Part shown: in pieces, positions 1-11,190 of the stretch
Position numbering within the stretch: position 1 is the stretch's first letter
Layout: every line of letters starts with the position of its first letter
Source of the DNA: Raja brachyura
Taxonomy: Eukaryota
Length of the DNA stretch: 64,000 nucleotides
Direction: 5' to 3'
Assembly (NCBI GenBank): GCA_963514005.1
Contig: OY740791.1
Location: forward strand, 45,818,001 to 45,882,000
The notes under the pieces: model-generated
Databases searched by the model: none
Told to the model about the DNA's origin: nothing
Seen by the model: only the letters and a program-made list of their open reading frames with translations
Made by a program: the position numbers and the translations under genes

Positions 1-15
1 TGACTTCTACTGGAA

Positions 16-2469
16 ATGAGATATAAATTATATTGGTTGATAAAATGCCAATTGATGTTCTGTGCGTTTGCCCCGTGGAATTTTGTGTCTGGGCAAATTC
101 GTTATTCTGTTCCTGAAGAACTGCAACATGGAGCCTTTGTTGGGAAAATCGCTGTCGATTTAGGTTTAGATGTAAAGCTGCTGGCGGCTCGCAGTTTCCG
201 GGTAGCGCCCAGTCCAAGGAAGCAATATTTCGACGTAAATTTGACAAGTGGTGTTTTATTTGTGAAGGAAATAATCGACAGAGAACTGCTTTGTGGGTCG
301 AAACCCGACTGCCGTTTACCCTTGGATGTTGTGCTTGAAAATCCCTTGAGCCTGTACCAAGTGGAAGTGGAGATTATCGATGTAAATGACAATGCCCCCA
401 GTTTCCCTAAAAGCCAGTTTCGCCTTGAAATTACGGAATTTACAGCACCGGGGATGCGATTTCCTCTTGAACCCGCACACGATCCCGATATTGGCACGAA
501 CTCTTTGCAAACCTACCAGCTCCAACCAAATGAACATTTTACACTCGACCTACAAATGGGCAGCGGGAAGGACAAGTGGCCGGTACTGGTGCTAGAGAAG
601 TCTTTGGACCGAGAAATAACGTCAGTACATCGTTTAATGTTAACAGCTAAGGACGGCGGTTTGCCTTCGAGATCTGCAACCGTTCAGATTATAATCACAG
701 TGAATGATCTTAATGACAACGCGCCTGCTTTCTCACAGTCGCATTACAAAGTCAGTCTGTTGGAGTCTGCACCGGCAGGGACCCTAATCCTTACGTTGAA
801 CGCCACTGACCCGGACGATGGCCTCAATGGAGAGATAGTGTATTCTTTCGGCAGCCATGTTTCCGCTGTTGCCCGCAGACTTGTTGATGTGAATTCCAAA
901 ACTGGTGAAATCAGACTCAAAGGGATTTTGGATTATGAGAAAAGCAATGTCTTTGAGGTTAGCATGCAGGCGATGGATAAGGGTTCCGGCGCTATCCCTG
1001 CGTATTGTCACGTATTGGTCGAAATTGTCGATGTGAACGATAACGCGCCGGAGATTACGTTACGGTCTTTATCAAAGACAGTGTCGGAAGATGCTCCACT
1101 TGGGACTGTAGTGGCACTGTTCAGTGCAGAAGACCACGATTCGGGACAGAATGGCGAGGTGCATTGCCAAGTTTCAAATCAACTCCCCTTTAAGCTGGAT
1201 TCATCTGTCAAGAACTATTACAGAATTATTGTAAAACATCCACTGGACCGGGAGAATGTCGCCAAGTACGATATCACTATAATATGCACGGATGCGGGCC
1301 ACCCTTCTCTTACCTCGCAGAAAACGATCCGGGTAGAGGTTTCAGATGTCAATGACAACTCGCCAAGGTTTTCTCGACCGGTGTACACGGCAAATGTTCA
1401 GGAAAACAATGTTATTGGGGCTTCTATATTTTCTGTGACGGCCTTCGATCCAGATGTAGAAGAAAATGCCCGACTGAACTTCTCTATCCTGGAGTCAGAG
1501 ATTCAGAATTCTTCAATAACCTCTTATGTCTCAATTAATCCCGAGAGTGGTGTCATATATGCTCGGGGTACGTTTGACTATGAACAATTGAAAGGCTTTC
1601 AGATACAGGTTCAAGTGCATGACTCTGGTGCACTCACGAGTAATGCTTCAGTGAATGTTATTATCCTTGATCAGAATGACAATGCTCCAGTGATTTTACA
1701 TCCTTCACCAGAATATGGTTCAACAGCGATAGAAACAATATCCAGATTTGCAGAACCAGGATACTTGGTTGTCAAAGTTTCAGCCACTGATGCAGATTCT
1801 GGTCAGAATGCTCATCTCTCTTATCAGATTTTTCAGGCTACTCATCACAATCTTTTCACCGTTTCCGCAGACACGGGTGAGGTTTGGACTATACGTCCAA
1901 TTTTGAACAAGGATGCGTCTCAACAAAGGTTGGTGGTTGTGGTAAAAGATAATGGAATTCCATCACTATCTGCCACTGTGACTATAGTATTATCTGTGAT
2001 TGGGACTGACATTGAAACGTTCCCCAGTGTCAACAGTTCGTCTTTAGATCCAAGTTTCGTCCCCGAACTGAGCTTTTCATTGGTTGTCGCGTTGGGAATA
2101 ATATCTGTCATTTTCCTCATTATTTTAGTCATCCTCGCTGTTAAAGTTCACAAGAACAGGAATGGTATGGTATACCACGACTGTCCCCTAGGTAATTGTT
2201 GCTGCCTTGAATCAAGGAATTCTCCTAATGGGATCCAGAAAGCCAGTAGAAGTCTTCAGATACCACCAAACTATGTTGAGGTATTTGGGGGCGATCCCCT
2301 TTCCCAAAGTTTCCGCTACGAGTCTTGTTCTACGTTACAGTCAACCAACAGAGATTTCATCGTCCCCAAAATGTGCAGACCCCCAAAAGACAAGAACATT
2401 CTGCTGAACGAATCTATGGGAAGAGAAAATATTGCAGTGGCGAATTCAGTAAAATACAATGTTTCAGAG
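16..2469 (+). CDS. Clustered protocadherin variable exon 1 (signal peptide, EC1-EC6, TM, variable cytoplasmic domain); 818 codons, predicted to splice to downstream constant exons
   Basis: ORF 16..2481: GQIRYSVPEE mature N-terminus, EC1 C-X5-C, DRE/DYE and DxNDNxP cadherin motifs, TM LVVALGIISVIFLIILVILAV. Phase-0 donor GAG|GTGAGA with GT at 2470; the ORF stops shortly into the intron. Confidence 0.96.
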
Positions 2470-2781
2470 GTGAGACAATAGTAAATCGAGTAGGAAACTT
2501 TTGCGAGTTTTGTTTCAAAGTACACGTGATTTGGTAAAACCAAGCTATTAACACATGCAGGAAAAAATGAGCTTAAATCAAAAATGTTGTTTGCTGTCCT
2601 AATTCTATTTCAAGTCTATGTTTTTTTCCCTCGTAGTGATCCTGTGACGGATTATATCTAATTTTAAAATATTAACAAATCGTTTTTAATCAGTGTTCTC
2701 GAAGTCATTTTGAGGGGCTTGTTACTTTTTTTTCTTTCTAATACACGTATTTCTCGTTCAATTGGTAATACGTTCGTTTCT

Positions 2782-2901
2782 GAAGCCCAAGCAGACCTTT
2801 AAGCCGAGGTGAGAATTACAATTCTTCCAATCTAATGCAATGCCCTCTGCGCTCACGATGTGGTCTCCTCTTCCGCGAGGAATACACGCGTAGATTGAGT
2901 G
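2782..2901 (+). mobile_element. Degenerate Penelope-like element fragment (GIY-YIG region)
   Basis: Broken frames give PKQTF, SSNL, SRCGLL and RRL, resembling the Penelope GIY-YIG stretch (PKQTFQVRQRFTCTSSNLVYCIRCSRCGLLYIGETKRRL). Recognised by eye only. Confidence 0.4.
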
Positions 2902-2904
2902 CAT

Positions 2905-3032
2905 AATTGATTAGTAAGGGTGTCAGATTTTATGAGTAAAAGGCATGAGAATGGGGTTAGGAGGGAGAGATAGATCAGCCATGGTTAAATGGCGGAGTAG
3001 ACTTGATGGGCCGAAAGGCCTAATTCTCTTAC
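2905..3032 (+). mobile_element. CR1-type LINE 3' end fragment
   Basis: GATAGATCAGCCATG...AATGGCGGAGTAGACTTGATGGGCCGAAAGGCCTAATTCT resembles the reverse complement of the CR1 3' ends at 3190 and 42825. Confidence 0.7.
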
Positions 3033-3165
3033 GGCAATTCTGCCCTGCGCTTCCTTGGAGTCCCTGGGCGTACATTCGCTGTTCGTTTGAAATCTGCACT
3101 CCACTCCTACTTTGAAGCGACCTCTAAACTCTTCCAATGCAACTTGGCATACAGTTGAGACCCAG

Positions 3166-3763
3166 CATAGAAACATAGAAACATAGAAAATGGGTGCAGG
3201 ATTAGGTCATTCGGCCCTTCGAGCCTGCACCGCCATTCAATATGATCATGGCTGATCATCCAACTCAGTATCCTGTACCTGACATTTCTCCATACCCCCT
3301 GATCTCTTTAGCCACAAGGGCCATATCTAACTCACTCTTAAATATAGCAAATGAACTGGCCTCAACTACTTTCTGTTGAAGAGAATTCCACAGATTCACC
3401 ACTCTCTGTGTGAAAAAAAAATTATCATCTCGGTCCTAAAATACTTCCCCCTTATCCTTAAACTGTGACCCCTTGCTCTGGACTTCCCCAACATTGGGAA
3501 CAATCTTCTTGCATCTAGCCTGTCCAACCCCTTAAAAATTTTGTAAGTTTCTATAAGATCCCCCCTCAATCTTCCAAATTCCAGCGAGTACAAGCCGAGT
3601 CTATCCAGTCTTTCATCATATGAAAGTCCTGCCATCCCAGGAATCAGTCTGGTGAACGTTCTCTGTACCCCCTCTATGGCAAGAATGTATTTCCTCAGAT
3701 TAGGAGACCAAAACTGTATGCAATACTCCAGGTGTGGTCTCACCAAGGTCCTGTACAACTGCT
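3166..3763 (-). mobile_element. 5'-truncated CR1 LINE (ORF2 C-terminus, 3' UTR and octamer tail)
   Basis: ORF 3396..3821(-) reads LYRTLVRPHLEYCIQFWSP...LGLYSLE...RLRGDLIETYKI, typical of CR1 ORF2. (CATAGAAA)n tail at 3166-3189. Confidence 0.92.
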
Positions 3764-4505
3764 TCTCAGCTCCCATCCAGGCACGTCCCAGCCCTCGGGA
3801 TTTCAACAAGGAATATTTCATACAGCTATCTGTTCCTTTTCATATTAAAACTGACCTATTTTAATATGTGGAGATCTACCTGTAACAACTATTTGATACG
3901 TCTAGCTCCACATATGCTGATTAATTTGCTGAGTATTTCTGTCTGACACTTGTTTCAGGTGTATTCTGCACGCCACCATTCCAGCCTTACCCTCCACAAC
4001 CCCCCCCCCCCCCCCCCCCCCCACCCTCTAACTACGTGCATTTATTTGCCTCAGATTATACTTCTCCATACGTCACTTTGGAGGCAGCGCAAACATTTAA
4101 ACTACTTACATGTCCTTTGCTCCCACATACCCATCACATGTCCCAACACTCCCAAAAGATAAAAACGGCTATCCATGCCGAGTGCGCCCAAGATTCTCCG
4201 GACTCTCTTTTACATGGTTTAAAACTCGTTCTGAGCAAACGTACACAGCAAAAGTACATTGGCATGTGTTATTGCACGATTTGGGGAGTTTTGTACATTC
4301 GAGGATATTGTCTTTTAGAACAGATGGTGCTTGGAGAATTGTATCTTCTCTGGAAGTAGAGCGTTTGCATTATTTCGAGAAAAAACAGAGAAGACTTCTA
4401 TGGTGAATATACTCAGAAGTATTTTCAGAATTGAATTAAAAAATAAAATATTAAATGTCTCCAAACTACAATCGTTTTGGGGAACTGGCTGTGCACTGAT
4501 TGGCT

Positions 4506-4555
4506 GCAATATAACAATATGCCTGTTATAGCAATATAACTATATGCCTGTTATA
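4506..4555. repeat. Tandem duplication, 2 x 25 bp
   Basis: GCAATATAAC(A/T)ATATGCCTGTTATA occurs twice in tandem. Confidence 0.9.
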
Positions 4556-5929
4556 GTAGTAATACAGATCTTTATCGGAAATTGCAATGGGATGTTCCAC
4601 TGGAGTGTCAAAATGCAAGGACATTTTGACAGGAGTGGCTTTGAGTTACGTTGAATTGCGTGGAGTTGTCTCCATCCTAAGCGTGCATATGCTCATTTGG
4701 GAAGTTCTGTAAATAAACATATAAGATCAGAACAGTTGCCTTTGGCAAAATTCACTTCCAGTCTACTATCAATGTAACACTTAAGTATGCGGAAAAAACC
4801 TTACTTTGAGATTATGCCAAATTGAGAAACGATTTTATTTCACCCTTATTGAGCAATGGGTGTCCGAACGTTTTTTAAATGTTGCCAATCGATAATTTCT
4901 TAATTGCATGTTGTACTGAGGTGCTCTCCGGTCCCGCCAGCATCAAATGATAACTGCACACTTACCTTAATGTATCGGAGTGAGTTCAAGAGTTTAGACT
5001 GGGTTAATATCAAAGGACAATGGTATATTCAAGCTTGATGATGCGACAAGTGATGTGGTGTTTTCAATGCGCTGTTGCTGTTATATTTTAGGAATCAGAA
5101 AGTGAGACTTAGGAAAATTCTCTGAAGAAATACCAGCGATTGATAATAGTACGTTCCATAGCATATTGCATGAATATCAAACGTAGTTTGTGTTATGTGA
5201 AATAATCTGTAATCTTAGATCTGGAGAATATTGAACTTTCAGGGAGTTATTGGTGTTACCCATCCAGCCAAACAGACAGTTTTCTACCGAAGCTCTGATT
5301 ACCTCCTTCTTAGTTGCGGGACGTATATGGAAACGCATGCGATGTGTAGTCGCAGCAAAAGTATGCATGTAGCCAGTCCAAAATGTTTCTGACTGTGAAG
5401 GAGACATAGAGTAATACGGCATAGTGTTTTTTTTGTGATGTTATTTCCTTATGTACATGCATTTCTTGGTTGATCATATTTGAGTGAGATTATAAAGAAT
5501 AATCCGTGCGATAACCAGTGCGTTCTGTGGTGGTCTGGACGAACATTTAGGGCATTTTAGATACTGGTGATTAACTTCAAAGCCTTGCCACCAATGATGT
5601 TGAGCATTCCATCTATTGTTGCAGTTGCATATCGAGGCATTTGGAAAATATCCGAATCAAAGTACTGCTTAGAATTTCTAAGTGGCAGAAGACTAGGGAA
5701 CCTCATGATCACCTGGCAACACAATGACTGGTATCCTGTCTTAACCAAATCATCTATGTAGCTAATTTCCAATATATGGTGAAACCATATCAATAGGATA
5801 TGAATTCAATAATGGCAGTGTGATGTAATTTGAATAGCAGTAGTTATCATACATTTAACTGGGAATAGCTGATATCTACCAATTGTCTATTGCGTGAAGC
5901 GCTACCTCAACGCGTCATCATTGTCTGTG

Positions 5930-6012
5930 AACTGGCTTAGACGGGGCACCTTGATCGGCATGGACGAGTTGGGTTGAAGGCTATGCTTCTGCACTGTATG
6001 ACTCTAGGACTT
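5930..6012 (+). mobile_element. Old CR1-like 3' end remnant, copied with the duplication unit (also near 12295/13066, 19635, 24835, 30205)
   Basis: TTAGACGGGGCACCTTGATCGGCATGGACGAGTTGGGTTGAAGG...CTGTATGACTCTA. Confidence 0.6.
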
Positions 6013-6329
6013 TGTCCATATGGTTACAAACCGCTTCAGTATCCAATCAATATTGATACTAATCGAAATTGCGTGGGCATCAGCAAACCTTCCCGCATGT
6101 AACATTGTATTTGGAGTTTAACAGGTGTCTTACTTTGGAAAATCTATAGCGTTCTGATGAATTACTGCCGTGGTGCTGTGAATTTAGAACCAGGATTTTT
6201 CACTATTAACACTTATCCTGTTTTGTATCTTGGATGCAGATGTTTTAGGCAAGGCAGTGTTCTATCCATCTCTAATTGCCCTTGAAAAGGTGTTGCTGAG
6301 ACGCCTTAGTGAACCAGTGCAGTCCTTCT

Positions 6330-7370
6330 AGGTATGTTCTAGGACAGAATTACCTTCAGCGGCGCTGCAGTTCTGCCACTCCCCGTGTGCGCGACTGGCG
6401 CCTTTCAGATGGGGGCGGGTTTAAAATGCCGTTTTTCTCCAGATAATTCAAATCGATCCATCTCAGGGGATTTCGTTGCTAAAGAGAAATCGCTCCGACA
6501 TTTGTTTTCTGAAGCTATTTTTAAACTGCGCTGGATCATTTATTAGCGAGAGTGAATTAAAAATCGTCTTCTAAAGTCGTGAACGCCGACAACGGGACGG
6601 ATTTTGCGCAGGGGATAAAAGAAGATACACCGTTTATTTTTACATAAAAACGTGGTTCATGGGAAGCCTTTAATCAAATTTGCATGTTGCGAAAAGGAGA
6701 CAAAAAATATATACGAACCGGCAGTATTTTTCCTGCCGACTGGGGGTTAATTTAACCGCAAACCGCAACGTTCCAATCCACCGCGTTCCACAAAAACCCA
6801 CTTGCAAGTTGATTTAAATGGCCATTAATTTAGGGGAATTAACACAAAATTCCTTCCATTTGGCCTATAAATTCTTGAAAATGAGATTTAAAAATCATGT
6901 TAAATTGTGAATTATTGTGTGAATGTTATTTGGACACAGGCAATTTAAAAATATTTATCTTTTCTTAAGAAATGGATAGATGTTTAGATCTACTAATTGA
7001 ATTTTGTAATTAGCTACAATTAGGTAACTCACTAATTATATGCTTTAATTTCAGGTCATCCAAGTAAGATTGTTTCATATTTGTTTCAGAATGCTTCCAT
7101 CTATAATAACTGACAATGTCATTGAGTTCTCTTAATTTTTAAGAAAGTTATGGGCTTTTGACTGTCCTCGATCACAGCTTTTGAGTTACGTCAATGGAAA
7201 GGCAATGAGGAACAAGATGCTAATTTCCGAGTATGAAAATGGCCATAACTGTTTTAATACTGAAGATATGAAAGTGAATTAGGTGTCAAATTAAACTTCT
7301 TTTTATGCTTTATCTGATGGGATATATTGCAGACTTGATTTTTTAAATCTCAACATTTTGTAACATTGCT
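6330..7370. mobile_element. Non-autonomous TIR DNA transposon (about 1.04 kb) with target-site duplication
   Basis: Direct repeat AGTCCTTCT at 6321-6329 and 7371-7379. Imperfect TIRs AGGTATGTT..ACAGAAT versus the reverse complement of ATTTTGTAACATTGCT. Paralogous spacers show the empty site (CAGTGCAGTCCTTGTGCTGATGG near 30586). Confidence 0.8.
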
Positions 7371-7879
7371 AGTCCTTCTGCTGACGGCTGGGTATGGATT
7401 TCCAAGATTGGTATTAAGGATCAGCGAGGTGGTAGAATTAATAGGTGGTTGGTCGCTGGTCAAATTTAAACGTTTAGCAAACATGAAACCAGATACCTGG
7501 GGAAATATTTGCTTTTGAACTTGGGCAGTTGCAAAGTATAAATTACTTCTATGGCTTGTTCAGGGGCATTGCTTGCAGATTTCATCTCATATCAGGACTT
7601 GGAGATTTTAACTGCAGACACGATAGCAGTTACATGGTTTACATTTTAAGCAAAGGCAGCTACGTTTGGTTTTTCTTTCGAAAGTCGACAGAGTCTTACG
7701 TGCAGCCTTTAAAATATTTTTTAAAAGCTATTAATGAAATAAAAGTTACTCTGTTATTTATTGCAGCCATCAACCAACGTAAAAACAATATTTCAGAAAC
7801 GAAAGTACTGTTCACAGGTTTGTTTGACAAAGATGAATAAAGATGACATTCGCTTCAGTGAATCTTTTTTGTAAGATTT

Positions 7880-8080
7880 GAAGACACAGATGATTGCAAA
7901 TGGTGGAGTCTGGAGCAACAAACTGTCTGTTGTTTGAACTCAGCGGGCCGAGCAGCATCTCTTTATGGATCTCTTTTTGGATATATGTTTTAAAGATACA
8001 GAAGACTGGAGATGCTGTAATATGGAACAACAAACTACCTGTTGATTGAACTCAGTGGGTCGTGGGTCAAAACCCTGCAT
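7880..8080. mobile_element. Degenerate short Penelope-derived element (two partial copies), duplicated at about 13965, 20520, 25625 and 31075
   Basis: Core GAACTCAGCGGG.CGAGCAGCATCT is shared with the better-preserved copies at 30034, 54440, 57880 and 62370. Confidence 0.6.
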
Positions 8081-8399
8081 CAATTATTTTTTCTTGTTCT
8101 ATTCTAAGGAACGAAGACAACCTTCTATCAGTAATAATTAAGAAGTGGCCGCGAATGTAAAACCATAATGAAGGATACACAAAATTAGATTCTCAGCAAG
8201 ATTAGTTAATTTTTTTCTTCTGATCACATTCATGACTCATTTTTTTCCATATTTCATATTTAAGATATTCAATGTATTGTATGAGTATTCAGTTCTGGGG
8301 GATACTTTCCACAGTGAGTGAGAGCATACAAAATGCTAAAAGCAATTTCAATTGCGCAGCAATACATATAACATGTCTGCGCCAAATTAAGCAGTTCCT

Positions 8400-8497
8400 G
8401 CTTTAAGAAATGAGCTGAATTGTAATTGGTCGGATATGCCTGCTACATTATCCACCAATCAGGAGGTCGGAGGCGACTGGTGATCTGCACAGCGCTT
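8400..8497 (+). promoter_or_regulatory. Promoter module of variable exon 2
   Basis: GCTTTAAGAAA 8400, ATTGG 8425, CCAATCAG 8455, GGTGATCT 8479; 343 bp upstream of the ATG. Confidence 0.8.
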
Positions 8498-8742
8498 TAC
8501 AATACCCAGCCGCCATCGCGACCGATCAGACGCCGTGAACACTGGATAGGCAGCAGCTCCGGACGGTTTCTGCTCGATTCATTTCGAACTTGATATAAAA
8601 TCAGAACGGTTAAATGAAAACATTGGAACAATTCGGAAAGGAGGTAGAGATATTTTCTGCGCTGTATTTGTTTCATTCAAATCAAATCGCTGTTGAAAGG
8701 CATTGTCTCGGGTTGAAACCATTGGAATGATTTCTACTGGAA

Positions 8743-11190
8743 ATGAGAGATAATATATATTGGCTGCTGAAATACCAACTATTGTGCTGCTTTTTCTGCC
8801 CCTGGAACTTTATTGCTGGGCAGATTCGATATTCCGTTCCCGAGGAATTGCAACTGGGTGCCTTTGTTGGGAATATCGCAATTGATTTGAGGTTAGACTT
8901 AAAGCAGCTCCCGGCTCGCAGTTTGCGGGTGGCGCCCAGCCCAAGGAAGCGGTATATTGACGTAAATTTAGCAAAAGGGATTTTATTCGTGATTGAAAGA
9001 ATCGACAGAGAGCAGCTTTGCGGGCCGAGAACCGAATGCATTTTACCCTTGAACGTCGTGCTTGAAAATCCCCACACTCTTCACCAGGTGGAAGTGGAGA
9101 TACTCGATGTAAATGACAACGCTCCCAGTTTTCCAAAAAGACAGATCCGCCTTGAAATCTTAGAGAATATGGCACCGGGAGCGCGATTCCCCCTCGAGCC
9201 CGCTCACGATCCGGACATTGGGACGAACTCCGTGCAGACTTATCAGCTCCTTCCTAATGAGTATTTCATTCTTGATGTACAAGAACGTGGCAGGATAGGA
9301 AATTTACCAATGTTAGTGCTGCAGAGGACACTGGATAGAGAAACGACATCGACCCATGAGGTAACGCTGCTTGCTGAAGACGGCGGGCTCCCTGTAAGAT
9401 CGGGAGAGGTTCAGGTAACTATCAGAGTGAAGGATGTGAACGACAATCTCCCTGTTTTCTCACAAGCGGTTTACAGTGTCACTATGGTGGAATCGGCTCC
9501 AGCGGGAAGTCTGATTATTAAGTTAAACGCTACTGATATCGACGATGGACCTAATGGAGAGATAACATATACTCTCAGCAGCCATAACACTGCTGACGTT
9601 CGTGAATTAGTTGCCATGAATTCTGAAACTGGTGAAATCAGACTAAAAGGACATTTGGACTTTGAACAAAGTAAAACATTTGTGATTAATGTACAAGCAA
9701 TCGACAACGGTCCTTATGCAATACCTCAACACTGTGATATATTGCTTAATGTTATCGATGTGAATGACAATGCCCCTGAAGTGTCATTGACATTTATGTC
9801 CAGTTCAGTGGCAGAAAATTCACCAAACGGAACCATTGTCGCTCTTCTCAGAGCAGAAGATAAGGATTCTGGACAGAACGGGCAAGTACAATGTCAAATT
9901 CCGAATAACTTACCCTTTAAGATGGAATCCTCCATGAAGAATAATTGGAAACTACTTGTACAACACGGGCTGGATCGTGAAATTACCTCCAGGTATGATA
10001 TCAGTGTGACATGTACGGATGCAGGGGAGCCACCCCTCACATCCAAGAATAATATCCGTGTAGATGTTTCAGATGTAAATGATAACGCACCGAGGTTTAC
10101 GCAGGCTGCATACACGGCAAATGTCATGGAAAACAACGTTATTGGGGATTCCATATTCTCCCTCACAGCCAATGATCGAGACACGAGACAAAACGCCAGA
10201 TTAAACTTTACTATCCTGAATTCAGTCGTGGCCTCATATGTCTCCATTAACGCACAAAGTGGTGTCATTTGTGCTCAGAAATCGTTTGACTACGAACAAT
10301 TGAAAAATTTCCAAATCCATGTACTAGTGCGGGATTCTGGAGTCCCACCGCTCTCCAGTAACGTTACAGTAGACGTTGTTATCCTCGATCAGAACGATAA
10401 CGCTCCAGTGATCGTGAATCCTTTGCCCGAATATGGGTCAACTGTACTTGAGACAATATCCAGGTTTGCAGAACCTGGATACCTAGTTGCCAAGGTATCC
10501 GCTACTGACGCCGACTCCGGACAGAATGCCCGTCTGACTTACCACGTATTTCAGGCCACCCACCGTAATCTTTTTACTATTTCAGAGGACACAGGGGAAA
10601 TTTGGACTATCCGTGGCATTGAGACAAAGGATGCGTCTAAACAATGGCTGGTGATTGTTGTAAAAGATAATGGAATCCCATCACTTTCAGCCACAGTAAC
10701 TATTGTACTGTCTGTGAAAGGAAGCGACATGATTTCCAGTGCCACCAGTCTATCTAAAGATCACGTCTTCTCTCCAGATTTGAACCTTTCCTTGGTCATA
10801 GCCTTAGGGACGACGTCTATCATTTTCCTCGTGATTTTAATTATCCTTGCTGTTAAGGTTCATAAAAACAGAAACTATGTAGGACACCAATATAATTCTC
10901 TGAACGTCTGCTGCTGTTTGGAATCAAGGAGTTCTGTGAATGGGATTCAAAAGGCCAGCAGAAGTCTTCAGATAGCACCGAACTACGTTGAGGTATTCGG
11001 GGGAGATCCGCTTTCGCAGAGTTTCCGTTACGAGTCTTGTTCAACATTGCAGTCCGTGAAGAGAGATTTCAGGACCCCTCAAACTTGTGGGCTATCTACA
11101 GCAATGAAATATATCGAGAAAAACCCTATTGGGAAAGATAACCCAGGAATGAAAAGATCTGAAAAGTCAAACTGCCGTGTGAATAACGAG
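8743..11190 (+). CDS. Clustered protocadherin variable exon 2; 816 codons
   Basis: ORF 8743..11226 with six cadherin repeats and a TM; donor GAG|GTGAGT, GT at 11191, phase 0. Confidence 0.96.

Noticed and set aside
102-497. Recurrent antisense ORFs over the protocadherin exons (also 8682, 14699, 21238, 26417, 31804, 55289 and others)
   Set aside because: These are shadows of the sense codon pattern, repeated because the exons are paralogous. Many begin at non-ATG codons and none resembles a known domain.
8686-8700. ATCGCTGTTGA as a mammalian-type CGCT box (CSE)
   Set aside because: It lies only about 55 bp before the ATG, varies among the young paralogs (CGCAG in exon 4), lacks the rest of a CTCF core and is not clearly positioned in exons 7-11. 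A matrix scan is needed to exclude it fully.
8728-8730. In-frame TGA at -15 in exons 1-7 aligning with TGC/TGT in exons 8-11 (selenocysteine-like signature)
   Set aside because: It lies upstream of the signal-peptide ATG, and exons 8-11 have no conserved in-frame upstream ATG. The pattern follows simply from the conserved -16 ATG plus a variable next base. No SECIS can be assessed in this window.
9372-9390. CTCF-like exonic sequence GCTGAAGACGGCGG in EC2 of each exon
   Set aside because: It is a weak match and is fully explained by coding for the conserved A-x-D-G-G calcium-binding loop.
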